The notes below the pieces were generated by a model that had not been told where the DNA came from, made no database searches, and worked only from the letters and a program-made list of their open reading frames with translations. Positions 24,822-38,416 of a stretch of 64,000 bases of DNA are shown in pieces. Each line of letters opens with the position of its first letter. The stretch's first letter is position 1. Both the position numbers and the translations under genes were made by a program. The stretch comes from Tubulanus polymorphus (taxonomy: Eukaryota; Animalia; Nemertea): NCBI RefSeq assembly GCF_964204645.1, contig NC_134030.1, forward strand, positions 5,994,778 through 6,058,777. The letters are read 5' to 3'.

Positions 24822-27800
24822 ATGGAAAATGTAATTGCTTTGGTGATCATCGTGTCGTCTATAGCTAGCGGTATTAAAGGTAAGTCTAAGACTAAAAATC
24901 CAATCAGGTGTTAAGATCATGACCAAAATCAACGAAATTTTGACGAGTGGGCACTTCGTGATCAGAGCTAAGCTTTTTCTATTGTGAATAGTACTCCCGG
25001 TCCCGCCAACATGTTAGACAAATAGAACACACGAGCATTAATCATTTGATGTGAAGGTTAATTGGTCTCATCAAGTCTCATCTAGAAGGTACTTCAGAAA
25101 AGGTCGCGCAGCGTCGGTTGCGTAAGAGCTGTGACAAACTGAAATCAGTGGCTAAGAACTCTTAGTTGCGCCCATGCTGGTAGTTATATCATATATTGCT
25201 TTTCTGTAGCTTTACTCCCATAACTATGAAAACACCGATATAAAAATCTAAGTTCAAACTACGTTATTATGGCAGCAGTCAAAAGCGAAAGATATTTGTT
25301 GATTCCGTGTCAATATCGTGTTTTTCCATATTCCGAACATGTTCAACCATTAAGACCCATCCACCAAAACATTACTGACACTAGACGTAACATCTCGTTT
25401 CGATAATCTTGGCCATTCAAGTGATGTTCTTTTCCTTCTCTGTTGATATTGCACGGCAAGGAGCAATAAGTGAATGCAATTTCTGCGAAAATCGTTTCGA
25501 CGGTACAGCTCCGCATAATCAATTTCTGGGCGCTGTAGAAATTTCATTTCAATTCGACGAATAAATGTCTGCACATTTTCATTCATTTATTATCTCTACA
25601 TTGCGATGCTATTAATGCTATATGAAATAGATTCACTGGTTTATATGCATATGTTGATTACTCTTTCCAATTACACTTGTATATGAGCCAATGTGACGGC
25701 TTCGTGTTACGGTTATGCGTATTCGGGTACATTCTAGTATTCTTCGCAAACCTCGTGAAAAGCAAGTTGTTTTGTCGATTCCTGTCACTTCGTGAACTAC
25801 TCTAACTCAACAGCCGATTCTATTCCGATGTCCTCATCACACATATGTCATCAATTTTATATGAGATTTCTATATGTTAACAGATTTTCCCGGATGTATA
25901 ATGCCAGCTCTTTCATTTTCGATATTACCAGTATGCACTAAATAATTTAACAGTCAAATTGAACGATACCTCATTGCCTGTATCCTAGAACTATGTATCG
26001 ATTATTGGACGTAGATAGTTGATAGTTGATAGTAGATTTCAAAATATATGCAAATAAGAAGATTTAGAATTATTTTGAGAAAAAAATGACATGATTGATA
26101 TGAATTCAAGGAATAATAAACCAATATCATAATAGTATCTATTGGTTGTGCCCTAATACAGGCGTTGCTGCTACGATTTTAAACACTTTTGATGACATTT
26201 TCAGCAGGTCGACCGACTATCCACGTTAGAGGTGACTCGGTAACGGAAGGCAACCGGGCAACGTTGACTTGCACAGTAACCAGTGATAAACGTTATAAAA
26301 CTAGCTGGGAGTGGAAACAAAAAACAACAGATCTACTGTACAAACGAGTAAATACGAAACTATGAGAAATAACCTCAGAAAATGATACGTTTAGTTTATT
26401 CGTGTTTCGAAATAACAGTAATGTAGTCTAACTATCATAATATCTTGTAAATTCCTAGGCACTTTTTACGTAATTCATTTCAGGCTTCGGTTGAAGGAAC
26501 CTATCACAAGAACAAAGCTGTCTTGAAATTGATTTTCACCGAAGCTGCAAGGAACGAAAGTGGTGTTTACTATTGCCTAGTCAGATCTGAAAATCTTCAT
26601 TACTATGGTATCGCAAAACTCGATGTATTTTGTAAGTGATTATCTCAATTATATTCGGATCTTTAACGTGTCCAGTCTCACAAGATTCCGTTGATGCGGG
26701 GATTTTCTATATCATCCTACATTTAAGAATAGACAAATTCAAACTTAGAAATTTCGATTACAGATCCACCCGAGTACGTCGGGTCATATGACGTGACCTC
26801 GGCTCCTATAGGCGAATCAATGGTATCGATAAAATGTTCGTTCAAAGGAAATCCTGTCCCGGTGATCGCCTGGTCGAAAGGTGACGAGACTATACGTGAC
26901 TATTCGATCAAATACAACAGCGTTCCAGATACATCTCGCAGTGAACTACTGGTTAGTGACTAGTATCTGTTGACAATTCCATTATAAAAGAAAAAATTCG
27001 AAGACACAAAAGAATGAGCCGTGTTGTATCAATAATTTTATGTTCTGGGTCGATGTGTGCACAAAATAATTCATAATTCTATTTTCTTAACAAATGCACC
27101 CGAAACCTTGTGGTTTTCCCGAATAATGACATTTCAATATATGTCATAATTCTGATATTCATCAATCAAGTGGGTTTTTCATTAATCGCTTCTCCTTTGT
27201 GATAAGTATAGATCGACACAGACCTGAAATCTTACGGAACCTACGTGTGCACGGGTTTGAATGTAGCTGGTAGTTTACCAATTCAACGGAAATTGATCCA
27301 AGTTTGTAAGTTATCAAATATTTCGTAGCTATGAACTAAACCGGCGAACACCTTTTCAAGTAATGCGTCCATTTCTTTCTCCGTAGAAGCTATAAATACA
27401 AACAACGACGCTGTTGGATTATTAACTTCCCATTAACTGCGTTTTTCGGCTTCCATTCACTCACACCGCATTCGATAATGACTAAAACGTGCCTACTCAG
27501 TTGTATCAAGTGAACGTCTTCAGGCTCATGAATAACGTTTTTATAGTCTATCCTATAATTCTTATCAACGTTACGAATGACTTCTTGATGATGAGATCTA
27601 TCGCAGGTTGGTGCGAAAAAAAATCTTTCTGTTACGTGTTTTAGATACCCCGGCACGACCGTACGATTTAGCTATCGAACGGAAGAGTGATTCGATGCTG
27701 AAAGTGATGATCAGTCCACCGGTAGATTTCGTCGGCAAACCCATCATTGATGTACAAGTAGCGTGGAAGAAAGAGTCCGAGCCATTGTTCAATATTTTTC

Positions 27801-28463
27801 GTACGTTCTCGTCAATTCGAAAATACGCGTTGTTTCATCAAAAATAAGAAATTCTCGCGATAGAACTAAAAGATTTTCTTATCAAAATCACAATCTAACA
27901 GAAACGTGTATAAAACGTAATTTGTGTGTGTTTTTGTATTTGACAGGCGCTAATCTTCGTATATGGAAAGAAAGGGACGTTGTGTACGCGTATATTGACG
28001 GTCTCGAACCAAACACGAACTATGTGATAAGAGCTAGGGCTAGAAACGCCATAGGTTTCGGACAGTGGACGTATAAACACGTTTTGACACTTAGTACGTA
28101 TATACAAAAGTTTTCCTAAACATTGAATGTACGATGCTGATTCTGTGGAACCTCTGTCGGGTAGTTGTTGTATAGTTTTTGATATGTTTTTTGTTAGATC
28201 GAACGATGGTTTACGCAGGTCCGGACAGTGCAGGGCGACTGCTCCAATCAAATAAGGCTTCCGAAACCGAAGCACCACCTGGGGAAGGAACGAAAACTAC
28301 CGTAATCGTGACCGTGTCCACAATCGCCGTCTCCTGTTCCATCGGTCTCTGCGTATTGACGGCGATACTGATGAAGATAGAAAAAAGAAAGAAACATCAT
28401 CCACCACCGCTAAATGTTGACAGCGCTGTTGCAGAAACTCTATTTACAACAGAAATTGAATGA
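24822..28463 (+). CDS. Multi-exon Ig/FN3 type I membrane protein (signal, 2 Ig, 1 FN3, TM), divergent from the upstream Ig gene
   Basis: Exons: MENVIALVIIVSSIASGIK (24822-24879); VTEGNRATLTC..W (~26208-26348); ESGVYYC (~26484-26631); YPP..IKCSFKGNPVPVIAW (~26764-26951); YGTYVCTGLN (~27212-27305); FN3 TPARP..W / IDGLEPNTNYVIRARARNAIGFG; TM VIVTVSTIAVSCSIGLCVLTAILM followed by KIEKRKK. 3' end could extend through further exons at ~28780-29010. Confidence 0.78.
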
Positions 28464-30674
28464 ACGTGATTACATAATTCGTATGGATGTATTTGTTTGC
28501 GTAAGAAAATCAGAAAATAGTTCAACGAGAGACTTTTTCTCTTAAAAGCTGCACGAAAAAATAACTGATTAACTTCAGTCAGTAAATCATATGAGATCGA
28601 ATATGATATTATGGTTTGAGGATGGTAATAAATGAAATAACAGTTCAATATCATGATTTTGATTAAATATCTATATCCGAAATTTTATTGTTTTTACATG
28701 TTCTTTCACCTGGTTTTCTTGCTTCGTGTTAATAATGCATATAATTCATTTCTCTACCGTTGTTCAATCATGAGGTATAAGAAAAAACCAGCAAATTGAT
28801 ACCTTCGAACGGTCTCATTACAAGAGGAAACTTACGACCTTTTCAAGAATAATAACAGGAAGTACCACCGCAGAATGCTGGTATGGAATGTATATATAGA
28901 AATATGACGTATATCGTCACTTTTTCTGGTGGATTCTCAGAGGGTTCTCGTCGTATTCGCAGGAAATTTTCTTGGTGGAACTTTGGTTCATGAGGTGGTA
29001 TTTTTCAAGATGAGCGAAATGGCAAAACGTATTTTGCCTGCCTACATAGGTCCTATTATTTCCAACCTAATATCATCAATTTTCAATCAACTATAATGTA
29101 GGATTAATGTATCGTGTAATCTCATACAATAGAGACAAAAATTAGAAACCGTTTTGCCCTTAACGAACGAATAGGTTTAATGGGGAGCAGTTGTATTTGG
29201 TCTTACAAAAACCGAAACTATTTTCATAAGATCAGATACATCTGCCTACACTTAACAATCGTTCTATATTAATATTTCGGGTTATCTCTATGGGTATAAG
29301 ATTATTCACGAATTATCATCGATATTCGTTGTACGTTTGTCGCTGAGTGTTTTAGTACTGACCGACCTGTTAGCAACCAACAACCAGTTAGTCAGGTAAT
29401 GTTCTTCCTTGCAGTAAGTAATATATAGATGAGTTTTGTAATGAACAATTCATCGTTTACAAGCGTTTATATTTCGGGGTATCATTGAACTGACAAGAAT
29501 ATCGGATATATTAATTCATAGATGGCGACTTCGTTGTATCTATGAACGAGGACATCTATAGCGTTGGGTTTTTTTTCTGTTGTTGGTGAATAACGATATT
29601 TTTTCACATTTGTTTCTATGATTTGTGCGATGTCAATCAACTGAGAGCACGATGGGTTTCTCGGCTGGTTGACTTTCTCAATCTATCCTGTTAGGAAGAA
29701 TCGGTCCGAGGTTAGTGTAGTCCGAGTTAGGATTGGAAAATACGTTAGGAAGTCAGAAAAAATGATTTCATGATTGTCCAAATTAGTCAAAAGTCTTAGT
29801 TTGGTCATGTACGAGGTACATACTGTAAATACAGTAGTTGTTTGGTCAGCGAGTTGGAGAACTCTGATGTATGTCCTAATTGGATTGTTCACTGTGGTTC
29901 GAACCCACGACCGCTCGGTTCTGCCTAAAATCAATTTCATCACAACGACTGCTATTTCGGGACGAGGAAAAATTGGAGATCCCTGGAAAACTGGAATTCC
30001 ACTGGTGATGCTTTTCAATCGAAAATCGAGAGCTCTCATAAAATTCATCACCATCCGGACAGGACTGGAAAAATGCCAGTGTTCTGAAGATTTTAAGCGG
30101 AAGAGATGAAATTCGTTTAACTCGTCGAAGAAAGAGTCCGAGCCATGATTCAATATCTTCCGTACGTTCTCAACATTAAAATACACATTGTTTGCTAAAA
30201 GTGGATGATTTTCTTATTCAGACTTTTAATTATTCTTGGCACTCGTGGCAGAAATTTAGAATTTTCGTATTAAAATCAATTTGACAGATGCATGTTTTGT
30301 GCGAATATATTTGCGAAAAACGTAAATGATAACGAACGAACAAATACCCGGGTAGGTCTGTGAGCAGGTGTTTTTTGTGATGAAAACCGAAACTATTTTC
30401 ATAAGATCAAATACATGTCATGCTCAACACTGAATAAACATTCAACATTTCTGGATATTTGAAGAAATTTATTGACGACAAATCATTTATTTAGCGATAT
30501 TCATCGAACGTTTGTTTGTGAGTGTTTTAGTTCTGATCGACCTGTCATTCTACAACCAGTTAGTCAGGTAATCTTCCTCCATATAATAAGTAATATATAG
30601 ATGAATACATTTGTAATGAACAATTCATTTACGCCAGTCATTTATATCAATTTCAGCTGATCATTCAAGTCAAG

Positions 30675-31662
30675 ATGAATATTGTAAACGTTTTGTCTTT
30701 ACTTGTTGGTAGGTATGAAATTCATGGAGTTACATTGGTGAATTACTATATAACTTAGAAATATCTGAATGTCATTGATTCCAGTTTTATTCGAGGGTGC
30801 TGCGGCGGCGTCAGTTCTTCTGTATGGTCCTGACAGTGCTGACACAGATGATGCTCCTAGCGCCGTCACCTGTCCTTCCAATATGAAGGTTTACATTTGT
30901 TCATGTCACGGCAATTCTTGCTGCGACGGTACACACATATCCCCAGATGGACAGACTTGTACAGCATTCAACAGCGATGGATGCCCATCGACTAAGGTAT
31001 ATGTATTTAGTTTTGGATAGTAACATGACATACTCGTTCGAGGTGGATTTAGAGGGGCTCAGGGGCCGGGCTCCCCATGTTGTTTGTTGTGTCAAGATAT
31101 CGCATGGTAATTTTGTTTCAGTAGCACCCTAGAAAATGGTCAATTTAAGGCCCTTTATACGCTTCGCACCTTTGGCGCACGTGTTCGTGTACTATAATGG
31201 TCCAATATTCTAAATTCCGGGATCCGCCCCGCTCGTTTTCCAGAAAAAAGTTAAGATTTTACCTCGAATTTCAGGCGGTAACTCGGTGTGTAACAATCGA
31301 TGCCGGCAACGATTACCGTGTCGTAAGTAGTGGATTGCAAATGCATCAACAGAGCATATCTGTTCAGTGTCCAAATGGGTTAAAACCGGAGGAATGTACA
31401 AAGAACCTGCCGTATGTAGCATTTTCACAACATTCAATTGAATTATTTCAACCTTACATTTCATTTATATATGTCTAATGCAATTTGCTGCAGCATAGAT
31501 TTATGTACTTTCAGATGGAGTCATGAGTATCGAGGCGTGCTCTCAAGGAAAAAGGCAGTAAGGAAAACTTACGGAGGGTGTTCCATCTATTCTTATGTGT
31601 GTAGGAATACTGGTTGTGAGATACAAGCGGTATGTTTTAAACACGCCCCCGAACTTTGGTAA
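30675..31662 (+). CDS. Secreted Cys-rich protein, array copy A (176 aa; two PCSK9-CTD/resistin-like modules). Coding exons 30675-30708, 30785-30996, 31275-31411, 31515-31662
   Basis: GT/AG exons totalling 531 nt in frame; signal MNIVNVLSLLVVLFEGAAA; 14 Cys; AATAAA ~30 nt after stop; non-coding exon 1 donor CAG|GTAATC ~30567. Confidence 0.85.
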
Positions 31663-32509
31663 ATCTTATGTAACATGCCAAACATGAATGAATAAAATTA
31701 TCTCTTAAAGAATGATTAGATTTTTCTATTCTTTTTAATTGGTTTTCATACGATGTAGTGGATAGCGTCAGATGATGTAATCCATCTGTCAGTTTCACGT
31801 TGTCGTGGATTTTATGATTCGAATGATGAAATTGATTCGAGGTACTGATATGTATACGAATGAGTGGGAATCATTATGACCTCAATAACATATTGTATGG
31901 ACTCGATAAATTCAGTAATTTCTCGATACCATCTGCTAATTGTAGTGAGACTGAGGCTGGTTTTCTTAGTTCATTCTATGAAACGTTATATACTGTTCAG
32001 CCTCAATCGTTTATTAACTGAATAAAATTTTGAATGTGAATTTTAATTTTAATTCTATCATTGTAACCATATTACGATATTCTCGGAGATGTCTTCCATA
32101 TTCATTTTATTACGAGGGTACTTTGCTAGGACAGTAGAGTCTCCATTCTGAAAATCATTGAACAAGAATTTTGACTATACTTATGCATAGATGGCGACGA
32201 ACAAATATTGACGTGTCCCGAATCAGCCACCATAATCGGCAGATAGTTTGTCAACAAAATGGCGACCCTTGTCTGAAAAACAAAAAATTCGCAGTTAGTC
32301 AACTCCGGCCGTAAACTGGTTACCGTACCGAGCTCTACCTTCAGTTGGCTATTTTGACTATGCAGGATATGAGCCATCCACGTTCCCCTCAGTCTCGACC
32401 CGTTAGAGTCTCGACCCGACCGTACAATAGCGCCACCGCAGTAGATCATTTTAAGTAAAACACTATAGCGAGTGTTGGATTCGCCTTTTTTCGCATGTAA
32501 AGAGTTAAA

Positions 32510-33484
32510 AAACGAGAACAGAACTTCAGCTGAGAGAACTAAACGATCCGATGGACTTAACATCGTTTTATTCAGTTTTAGAATTATCTCCACAATGTGC
32601 TAGCAGTAATTTGCGGATTTACTGTATTGCGTGAGTGAGGGAAGTCTTTTTCTAATCTGAATTCTGAAAAAATGGTAAGCTTTCTATAATAAAATGTTGG
32701 CAATGTATGGATTAACAAACTGAAGTCCAGAGTGTATACATAAATGAATAAGTGAATTTTTAAAAAAAGAAACATTATTTTGCATGACTGGATATCCGAT
32801 GTCTTTTATTACTTTTTTGTCCGATGGGCAAGAGGGAGGGGGTTAGGATTGTAGACATTCAGTGGACAAGGGGGGGAAATTTTGCTATTTTGTGTGGACA
32901 ACTTTTATGGACAGCCCCTAAGAAATCAGATGGATAAAATAAAATGGATTAAGTCAGACGCGCTAGTAGAAGAATATACTCTGGCAATGCTATTTAAATT
33001 TGGAGTCAGATGATAGATATATCTATATGAATTGATCAAAACGTAATCAGAGAGTGACTGAGTGCGCTCACTTCCAAACTATACTTACGTAACAGGTCCA
33101 GCAGCAATAAGCACCATTTCATCAGCAGCTGATTTTCGAGTAAGATCGATTTAACTGAAACTGAATTCAAGTGGAGAAATTCAATACCACAGAAATATTT
33201 TAAGCTTATCTTGCTTCGGATTGCAATGACTAGATCCGAGTACAGATCTTTTCCATGCACAAGTTTTTTTGTAATTTTTCGAATTATTTTTCTTTTCCAT
33301 CTGAGAATTCTGTTATTTACTCATTTCTCTGTGCGTAATATGAAAAAGGTCAATCGGTTGATTCTGGTAGATTGAATGATGCTTTGCGTCCTGTTTGTGG
33401 CTTCAAGCCTAAAAGCAAACGACGAATTTCATGTACGTGTTATTGTGACTAAAAATTCAATTAGGTGTTAAGATCATGACCAAA
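32510..33484 (+). repeat. Segmental duplicate of 23325-24290 plus 24890-24927 (upstream region of the + strand Ig gene, coding part deleted)
   Basis: Long colinear similarity, e.g. cagaacttcagctgagagaactaaacgatc and gactgagtgcgctcacttc shared. Confidence 0.8.
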
Positions 33485-33703
33485 ACGATTAGTTTTAAAA
33501 AGTTAAGGGGCTTATTAAAGATATATTGAAAACGTATTTTGCTTGCCTACATAGGTCCTATTATGTCCGACCTGATATCTTCAATATTCAATCAATTTAT
33601 GAAGGAATAATTCACGTATATTGAAAACTAGGTTTGAAATTCATGGGGTTGCATTGGTGAATTACTAAATAACTTAGAAATATCGGAATGTCATTGATTC
33701 CAG

Positions 33704-34493
33704 TTTTATTCGAGGGTGCTGCGGTGGCGTCAGTTCTTCTGTATGGTCCTCACAGTGCTGACACAGATGATGCTCCTAGCACCGCCATCTGTCCTTCGAA
33801 TATGAAGGTTTACTTTTGTGCATGTGCCAATGATAGATGCTGCGACGGTACACGAATATCCCCGGATGGACAGTCTTGTACAGCGTTCAACAGTTACGGA
33901 TGCCCTTCGACTAAGGTATGTGTATTTCGGATAGAATCATAGCATTACTAGGATTTAGAGGGCTCCACGTTTGTTGCCAAGATATCGCATGGTAATTTGG
34001 TGCCAGAAAATGGTCAATTTTAGGCCCAAATACGCTTCCCCAGAATTTTAAGATCCTGGATGATCCACCCTGCTCGTTTTTCAAAAAAAAAATTAAAAAG
34101 TTACCTCGAATTTCAGGCAGTAACTCGGTGTGTAACAATCGATGCCGGCAATGATTACCGTGTCGTTATTAGTGGAGTGCGAATGCATCAAAAAAGAAAA
34201 ATACATTCGGTGTCCAGTTTGGTTTAGACCGGGTGAATGTACAAACAACCTGCCGTATGAAGCATTTTTACAACATTCAATCGCATTATTTCAACCTACA
34301 AAAATTTCAATACAATTAACTGCAGCAAAGATTTATGTATTTTCAGATGGAATCATATGTATCGAGGCACGCTCTAAAAGAATAAAATGTAACGAAGACT
34401 TACGGAGGACGTACCATCTATTCTTATGTGTGTTCGAATACTAGATGTGAGATACAAGCGGCATGTTTTAAACACGCCCCCAGACTTTGGTAA
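33704..34493 (+). pseudogene. Cys-rich array copy B, pseudogene
   Basis: ATG/signal exon missing; +1 frameshift in A-run ~34190-34201; premature TAA in last exon (..RGTL*). Confidence 0.85.
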
Positions 34494-37117
34494 ATCCTAT
34501 GTGATATGCCAATTATTAATGAATAAAATCATCTCTTAAAGAATAATTAGAGTTTTTAAATCTCTTTTTATTTATTTGTATACGATCTTGTGGATCGATA
34601 TTTTTGTAATTGCGTCAGATGATGTTATCATCCGTCAGTTTTACGTTGTCGTGGATTTTATGATTCGAATGATGAAATCAATACGAGCTACTGATATTCA
34701 TACGTATGACATCTACAAATGAGTGGGGATCATTATTCGTTTTATTACGAGGGTATCTCGAATGATGCTTTGCGTCCTGTTTGTCTGATATATTTTTTGG
34801 AACAGATCAAGATATTGGTTTATTTGTTACTTGTAATATTTATGTTTTTCTTTCAATTTCATTGCACTTCATTTTCTTGTGTTCTTTACAGGATATCCCG
34901 AAAAACTTTTTAAATTCAAATTGTAAAACAATGAAGAATGAAATTGAAAAATAAGAAAAACTAGAAATCCCTGTACGTCGTCACAGTCCCTGACCCAGTC
35001 CAACTGTTCCAGACTCAACTTCCACAGTTCCCGGTTCAGTACTTTTAGCCTATGATTATGTTTTTCACTCTTTTAACACGAGTCAACTAAACTTTGAAGG
35101 GGAAACTGGATCTATTAACTGTAGTTTTTAAACTCTATGGAATACTCAGAAAGACATTTTCCATCCGCCAAATATATATATTACAACGATCAAATTCTCT
35201 TTAGAGACTTTTGATCTAGACAGTGGCAGTAAACAAGACTTGTCCTACAGACCTCATCTTGCAATATGCATGAAAACAAATTCATGGCGTAATAATTACC
35301 TCAGAAACATCTGCAATATTTATCGAAAAAAATTATACTAACTTCTCAAAAGATACCTGGTACTTGATGTTATTTCACACTCGTAAAAACAGTGTATATA
35401 TTAAATAGACAAACTTCATAGCAACCACTCGAGAGATTGAATGATCAGTTTATTTTTGTGAGTATTTTGGAGAATAAGATAAGTGTCATTGATGTATTTA
35501 TGGGACTGTTGAGTAGCTTAATATGAATCTGGATGTGAATGAATCCAATTTGTTGATAGAAATGATCTAGCCTCAGCTTCTAATGATGATTATAATGTAG
35601 CCTAGTATATTAGTTTAGTGCATTGGTTTCAGTAGAGAAATGACCAGCAGTATTTTGTTTCAGTTATCTATTGTTTTGTTACACTATCATCGAGTGCTGC
35701 CTCCTATGGTGGTTTAAATCAGACTTCAAGGATGTAGTGATACATTTCAAATTCTCATCAGCAGTTCAAATACTGACAAATGGATTTGTCATCAGCAATA
35801 ACCTTACCCATTTTTGGTAAGCTAAGTGCCTCTAGATTGCATCAGCCCACATTTAGAACTTTAAAATATTAGTATTTATCAAACTATAGTAAAAGTAAAT
35901 TATTAACTTCATCAGGTTTCAGTTGGTTGGAGTGTTGAATTGTTTATTTCTAATTTAGATTAGTTTCGAGGGTTTAATTCTAGATTTAGAATGAAACTAT
36001 TTTTTCCTGAGTAGTTTCAGGAAATTGGGAAGTAATTCAGATTGGAATTTCCTGTTGTTGAATTTTGAGAACTCATGATCGAGAGAAGAGGACAATAACT
36101 AACTGTCCTCTCTCTTAAAAGTTGATTTTTCATTCAATTTATAAAAGCTTTAAATCTCGCATTGGATCAGAAATAATTAGCGATTGCTCATTGCTAATGT
36201 ATGAGGAGTTACTGCTTATTTAACTGTTGTGGAAGCGTAAATAGTTTACGGAAGATACAGATATGGAAGTGCGATTCGTTCAATCAGGAAGCGATTTGTA
36301 CTATTTGTAAAACTACAAATAAAACAGAGTACTGCAACTTGCGGAATTTTAGTATTCATTTTTCTCTGCGAGAAGAATGTAAAATTTGTATCGACCAAAC
36401 GCATTGAGTTCGAATTGTTTAAATTCGAGAGTTGAAAGTATTTAAACGGATTGATGTACCGAAAATTATGGTGATATTCTGGAATTGTATTTAAACTAAT
36501 TTTATTTCGGCAATGTATATGGATTGGTAAGCGACGTGGTTTGGTTTATTTCTTGTGTATTGGCTGTTGAGAATGATTTGGTAACTTTGTAATCGTGATG
36601 CAGGTGGAAAATTGGAAAGTGAATTTATTGTGTGAAGTGAAAAACTGACTGACAATATCGAATTTTGATGAAGTAGCGGTAAAGAAAACTGTGATTAATA
36701 AACATTTATTGGCCAATAAGTTATCGTTGATTGGTGTAAATTGGGAACGGACAACCAACATGCGTGTCGTATAAAATCTTTTTAGGAAAACTATCTAATA
36801 CAAATCAATAATAAGTCAGTGAGCTCACTTAATTGAATTTAGGCAATACTTGGTCCAAATAATATTGATTATATTATCTTGTAACTGTATACTCATTTTT
36901 ATTTCTCTCTGATATTTGTTCCCAAACCTACCGTGCCGATTTTGGTTTCCTTTTAATTCTGTGTAGCAAGTGGGTATTTTACAATTATATCTCTCAATCT
37001 GCCACATGTATACGATATTTGATACGAACGACAGTAACATTGATGGAGTAAAGAATTCGATTCGTTTGCCCTCCACCAAATATATATAACAACGATCAAA
37101 TGGTCTTTAGAGACTTA

Positions 37118-37202
37118 AGCCGGGCGCACACTAGGCGATTTCTCGGCGATTTTGTCGCTTGCGACGAAAATCGCTGAGAAATCGCCTAGTGTGCGCCCGG
37201 CT
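37118..37202. mobile_element. 85-bp near-perfect palindromic PIF/Harbinger (Tourist-like) MITE
   Basis: agccgggcgcacactaggcgatttctc...gagaaatcgcctagtgtgcgcccggct flanked by TTA/TTA. Confidence 0.85.
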
Positions 37203-37235
37203 TTAGGACTTGCCCTACACACATTATCATCAAGA

Positions 37236-38000
37236 AACGAAAACTACCGTAATCGTGACCGTGTCCATGATCGTCGTCTCCTGTTCCATCGGTATGTGCG
37301 TATTGACGGCGATATTGATGAAGACAGAAAAAAGAAAGAAACATCATCCACCACCGCTAAATGTGGACAGCGCTGTTGAAAATGGATGTCGTATGGATGT
37401 ATTTGTTTGTGTAAGAAAAACCAGAAAATAGTTCAACGAGAGACTTATCTCTTAAACACTGATAAAGAAAACATTACTGAATAACTTTAGAAGTAAAACC
37501 TATAAAATCGAATGCAATATTTTATTTTAAGGATGGTAAGAAGTGAAATAACAGTTCAATATCATAGTTAGCATTAAATATCTATATCCGAAATTGTATT
37601 GTATTTCTTTTTCGCGTGGTTTTCTTGATTTGTATGATCATTTATCTACCATTGTTCTATCATGAGGTATAAGAAATATCACAAATTGATACATGCGAAC
37701 GGTCTCATTACAAGAGGAAATAAACGACTTCAAGAATAATAACAGGAAGTACCACCGCAGAATGCTGGTATGTATATATAGCGATATGACGTATATAATC
37801 TTTAGTTTTTCCGGTGATTTCTCCTCGTATTCGCAGGGAAGTTTCTTGGTCCAGCGTTGGTCCATAAGGTGGTATTTGAAGATAAGAGAAAAGCTTATTT
37901 TATTAAAAGCGTATTTTGCTTGCCTACCCTATCAGGTCAGAACTGATATCATCATTTTTCAATCAACTAATATAGTATTAGTTCATATATCATGAAATTT
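37236..38000 (+). pseudogene. Duplicated 3' fragment (TM exon and downstream) of the + strand Ig/FN3 gene
   Basis: TKTTVIVTVSMIVVSCSIGMCVLTAILMKTEKRKKHHPPPLNVDSAV nearly identical to 28290-28430; no upstream exons. Confidence 0.85.
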
Positions 38001-38416
38001 CACACAATACAGACAAATTACACACTTCAACGGTTAAGATGATTTAGCCCTTAACGAACGAATATGTGTAATGTGAGCAGGAGTTTTTTTTTGGTCTTAT
38101 GATACTCGAAACTATTTTCATAATTCAATTTCAATTCATTCATCATAAATCCAAAGTATTAGATCAGATACACCTGCCTACACTTGACAATATTGTTCCT
38201 AGACATCTCAATGGGTATTAATTCACGAATCATCATTGATATTCATTGTACTTTCGTCGGTGAGTGTTTTAGTTCTGATCGACCTGTCATTCTACAACCA
38301 GTTAGTCAGGTAATCTTCCTTCATATGGTAAGTAATAAATAGATGAATATATTCATAGTGAACCATTCATTTATGCCAGTCATTGATATTGATTTCAGCT
38401 GATTATTCAAGTCAAG

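Noticed and set aside
29683-30186. 167-aa minus-strand ORF and overlapping 111-aa plus ORF
   Set aside because: Overlap degenerate FN3-exon relic sequence; paralogous segments at 41.4 and 58.2 kb do not preserve the frames
30769-30784. ORF-track start MSLIPVLFEG for the Cys-rich genes
   Set aside because: That ATG is intronic; a conserved upstream exon (MNIVNVL..|GTAGGT) and the acceptor TTCCAG give a proper signal peptide
32111-32593. Mariner-like end TACGAGGG and 155-aa ORF
   Set aside because: No matching opposite TIR or transposase motifs found
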